Under the pieces are notes generated by a model. That model worked only from the letters and a program-made list of their open reading frames with translations. It had not been told where the DNA came from and ran no database searches. The position numbers were made by a program, and so were the translations under genes. DNA of 53,137 nt, filler included, from Sphacelaria rigidula (Eukaryota): assembly GCA_964200075.2 (NCBI GenBank). It is 4 parts of 4 records of this genome, joined end to end, with 100 filler letters (N's around TTAATTAATTAA, not from the genome) between each part and the next. Parts side by side here need not be neighbours in the genome. Positions count along the whole stretch, not along the records: positions 39,932 to 53,137 come from CAXNAA020003067.1; 3 more parts are not named here. The stretch is one strand, 5' to 3'. Below, in pieces: positions 49,377-53,137 of this stretch. Numbering within the stretch: position 1 is the first letter of the stretch; every line of letters starts with the position of its first letter.

Positions 49377-50144
49377 CTTCGTACTACTGTTGTCTGTTGT
49401 CCATTGTACAGTACTGTGTGGTTCAGTTCTGTACTGTACTGTTTTAATGCGTGTTCAGACCGCGTGCATTCAGGACTGGTTCGGAGTTTGAACGCCCCGG
49501 GATCGACGTCTCGGGAGGACGCTCGGATGCAATCGGTCCGCTGACAGCAATGGGCGCTGGCGGAGTGTTCCAGAATACTCACGCGAATATGCGGGGATGT
49601 CTCTTGCAGTACTGGTGCTGTCTGAAGTTGTCTTCGTACTGTTTAATATTGTCAGGTCAGCTGCATTGCAGAACAAAACATGAACCGCAGAAATGCTGTC
49701 AGTAACGTAAACTTGGCAAAATGACAGCTGGAAGAACCGCTCTAGGCAGATGCGTGGTGTGCTATGTTGTTCCATACTGTCTGCAGACTGCAGAGCACGC
49801 CGCCGGAGTCTTTCCGAAAACTTCCGCGAACAAGCAGGCACGACTCGTGTTGCCGCTGTCGTCGCGGGTGACCGTGGTATTGTGTACAGTATATTCAGGC
49901 CAACTGTTACTCAAAACACATGGAACAACAAAGGCTGCGAATAGCATAACTTCGGAAAACAAATAGCTTATGAAACCGCTCTGGGCACGCGGACGCGTGT
50001 GTGGTATTATACTCGATATGTTGCGATACGTTCGAGTACAATATTTGAAATTGGGTTTATCGTGGATTAGGCTCTGAAGGCGTTCGCGACCTGCACACTC
50101 TTACTTGCCTTCCCCACGTGCAAAAGTGCTGCGCCACCGAAGGA

Positions 50145-50680
50145 TCATGCCCCATGAAATGACGGGTGGGGGGCACATGTTCTCACGATTTATGTCATTT
50201 GAACACAAGGTAGGGAACATGTGCGTATGACTCTTGCTGCAAACGTGAAAAGTGGGGAACAGGTACACTTGATTCATCTCGTATGAATGAAAGGTGGGGG
50301 ATATGTACGTATGATTCATGGGAACACGTACGCGTAATTAATCTCGTATCAATGAAAGGTGGGGAACATGTACCCCTGATTCATGCTGTATGGATGGAAG
50401 GGGAGAAGCACGGACCCGTGGTTCATGGCGTATGAACGGAAGGTGGGGAGCATGTGCTCTTAATTTATCCTATGATTCATACCGTACGAATGGAACGTGG
50501 GAACATGCACCCATGATTCATACCATACGAATGGAAGGTAGGAAACGTAAACCTTTGACGGTGCACCGCAAGAATAATGAACTGGGAATGTGTACACTCC
50601 AAGTAGTGTCGTACGAATCACGAACCCAAAACATATACGGCTCATAACTTGTGTACGAATCGTATGATTGATTCGTACAA
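50145..50680. repeat. 42-bp minisatellite, block 2
   Basis: About 12 diverged units of the same consensus. Shares the variant unit ATGAACTGGG.ATGTGTACACTCCAAGTAGTGTC with block 1. Confidence 0.85.
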
Positions 50681-53137
50681 ATGTTGAATATGAGTCGACT
50701 CACGATTTTATTCGTCCGAACCGTGAATGAATCCCCACGGGCGCCAGATGCCACAGATCGACCGTAGATCGATAACCAGAACCATGTGATCAATCGTCTC
50801 AACGCCCGCGGCCTGGTGGCAGTCCTGGCAGTCGCGTGAAGAATGACAATATAGTAGATGAGGATGATCTCGCAGGACGCCCAGCCGTAAAACAAATTCC
50901 GCGTGCATTATTTTCCGGCCGATAGCACCGCAGCAGGCCAGCATGGCTGAGCAGCCAAGGTGGGATTATTGTGTTGCAATCTATTTTGCGTCATTCAAGG
51001 CTTGTGGCGAACAGAATGGCTGCGTCCTGTATGCCCTTGTACCACGCTGGCGTTACGGTTGATGCTTACAACAGTGGAGATGCCTACGCGATTGCAGGAC
51101 AGCTACTGGTGGTGATCAAGCACCACCAGGAGCGGGCGCCATCTGTGTGTATCGCAATGGCCTGGCGGGCCCGGACTCACTTACTTAAATCAAGGCGTTG
51201 CCCGTCCGGCCGAAACAACAATTCCAAAGCCCTGCTGAGGAATAAAAAACAAGCATTATGTTGGCTCATGGTATTGTTCCGAAATGAGACCCGACACCCA
51301 GAGGGGTTGAATCTTCGAATCCTACAGACAGTAGCAGACAATCCCAAAGCCAATGTTTCGCACGTCGCCAGCGGCTCATCATACTACGGTATTGAGCAGA
51401 AATCGGGCTACAGCATCCTGTACGTATCGCATGGTCGAGGTGTGGATAGATAGTTCCTTGGTTTGATCTGCTCTGTACGTATGACTAAAAGCATCAGGCA
51501 TTGGGGAACCAATAAATCTTTCACGAACCAGCGCGTCGCCTATCTTGGATAGGGTACTCTCGGATAGGGTATTCTGAAGATCCAAGTGTCACATTTTTCC
51601 AGCGATGTCATCACTTACCTTGTGCATCCATTATTCTTTCCAGCATTGTCACCACTTATATCCTACTGGATTCCTTTTGCGATACTCGTACAAATATCCC
51701 AGCATGATGCTCTGTTGTCTGCGTAGCTCACCAGGCGCAGCAAGTAACGCCTGACGTTCTAAAAGGTTCAGAACCATTATGACGTGCCGGGGTTCCACAA
51801 AAAGGTTCCGCGTGGCTGGCAGGGTGCTTGTGGCTGAAAGTCAAGCGGGGTTACGCTCGCTGCCGGGGGCGCACGGCTTCATTCAGTTGTTGTTGTCGAC
51901 AAGGAAACAGGATGGATTCTTCTCAATTATACGAAGCAGATGAGGGCTACTCGAGTATGCTAAAATATGTGGATGAGGTGAGGGTAAAAGGGGCCTTGCA
52001 ACAGCTCCGAGGACTGCTGATCCGCCGACAGCACGCACGGAACAGACGCGATGTAGTTCGTGTGCCTGTGAAACAGAAGCGCATATGGCAGGGTATCGTA
52101 GTACGTTGCACCACGTGCGTATTTCTCCGATGCCTCGAGCCATTGCAAGTGTGCTCCATGTCTTCCGTTGTGCATTACTGCTTTCGCCAGTGCAATAACA
52201 TGGCCGTGCTCATGGAACGTTATGTACGCACGCGTGCACTATGCACTTAAGCGCCAGGCAGCCGCACAGACACGCGAACACACGTAAGTCCGTCCCTCCT
52301 GCCTGGACGCGTGTTGAGTTTTTTCCCCCACGTTACGAGTCGAGTTACATTGCTGAGCGTTGTCCGTCGCGTACAAGTATCAACTATCTACCGTGGAGCG
52401 ACACTTCGCCAACTCAAGACCACTCCCCGATTTGCCGTACCTCAGTATGATGGGACTTCCTGTGTCTCATGGGTGACTTGACTGACTGTATGCTCCCCTC
52501 CGCACTACGGCGCCGATCTGACCGTATGGTGTTGTACAACAGTTTGCACCACACCGTCAAAAGATATACGGATATTTGGTGCGTAGAGCGCCGAGGGTGT
52601 ACGAGTTGCCTTGCCCTTGTTGACTCGTGAGAAGCAACTTCACTCGTGCACTAACATGAAGTGGCAGGAACCCACCGAGATAAAGTCAGGATACTGCATC
52701 TCAGTGTAGAACATGGCAGTGTGGTTGGTGCCTTGCTTCGGTAGTGAGCATGGAGGAGAGCACATTTCCAAATAGTGGGGCCCAAGGCAGCTGATTCCGC
52801 ACTTTACTTCCGCGGCCTTGTTGTGTGGCTTTCTGTGTGGGTGCATTAGCTTCTTGCGTACGGCCATCTTTCGCCTGAATTCATGCTGCAAGGGCTGGCC
52901 ATTTTTGAAGTTTATTTCGTTGTCTGCCAGGTTTCAGGATTTACTCTTTGCTCTCTACGCAGTCATCCTCTGTTCCGCTCCTTTTCCTTCCCGCCTTTTT
53001 TTTTCTCTGTTTCTATTTTAAGCTGTTGTTTTTCGATTTCTTTTCATGATTTATATGAAGGGCGCACAAGAAAATATTTTTTGGAGAGTGCACCCCATCG
53101 CCCAACAAGCCCAACATCTCCTTATTACAGAAATTCT

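Noticed and set aside
48940..50680. CRISPR-like array
   Set aside because: Units abut directly and diverge along their whole length. There are no unique spacers and no cas genes, and the context is eukaryotic.

Overview
Eukaryotic nuclear DNA, most likely from a brown alga (Ectocarpus-like). This is inferred from GT-AG introns, an FNIP/IP22-repeat gene, TTAGGG-like tracts and the repeat landscape. The window is not one locus. It is four contigs (1-13213, 13314-26524, 26625-39831, 39932-53137; lengths 13213/13211/13207/13206) joined by 100-nt N spacers containing TTAATTAATTAA, apparently sorted by size. Contig 1 holds an intronless head-to-head pair (WDR74/NSA1 and an F-box/LRR gene), SINEs and a Tc1/pogo-like relic. 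Contig 2 holds the four 3' exons of a DUF305 (ferritin-like) membrane-anchored protein gene, plus MITEs. Contig 3 holds the 5' part of a flavin amine oxidase/LSD1-like gene with a very large low-complexity insertion, divergent from exon 1 of a PIG-O-like gene. Contig 4 holds a decayed RTE LINE, an intronless ~20-unit FNIP-repeat gene, a Tourist-like MITE and a 42-bp minisatellite. I found no rRNA, intact tRNA or CRISPR array, and no multi-gene novel system can be supported. The best leads are the FNIP gene's repeat architecture, the DUF305 surface protein and the split amine oxidase.
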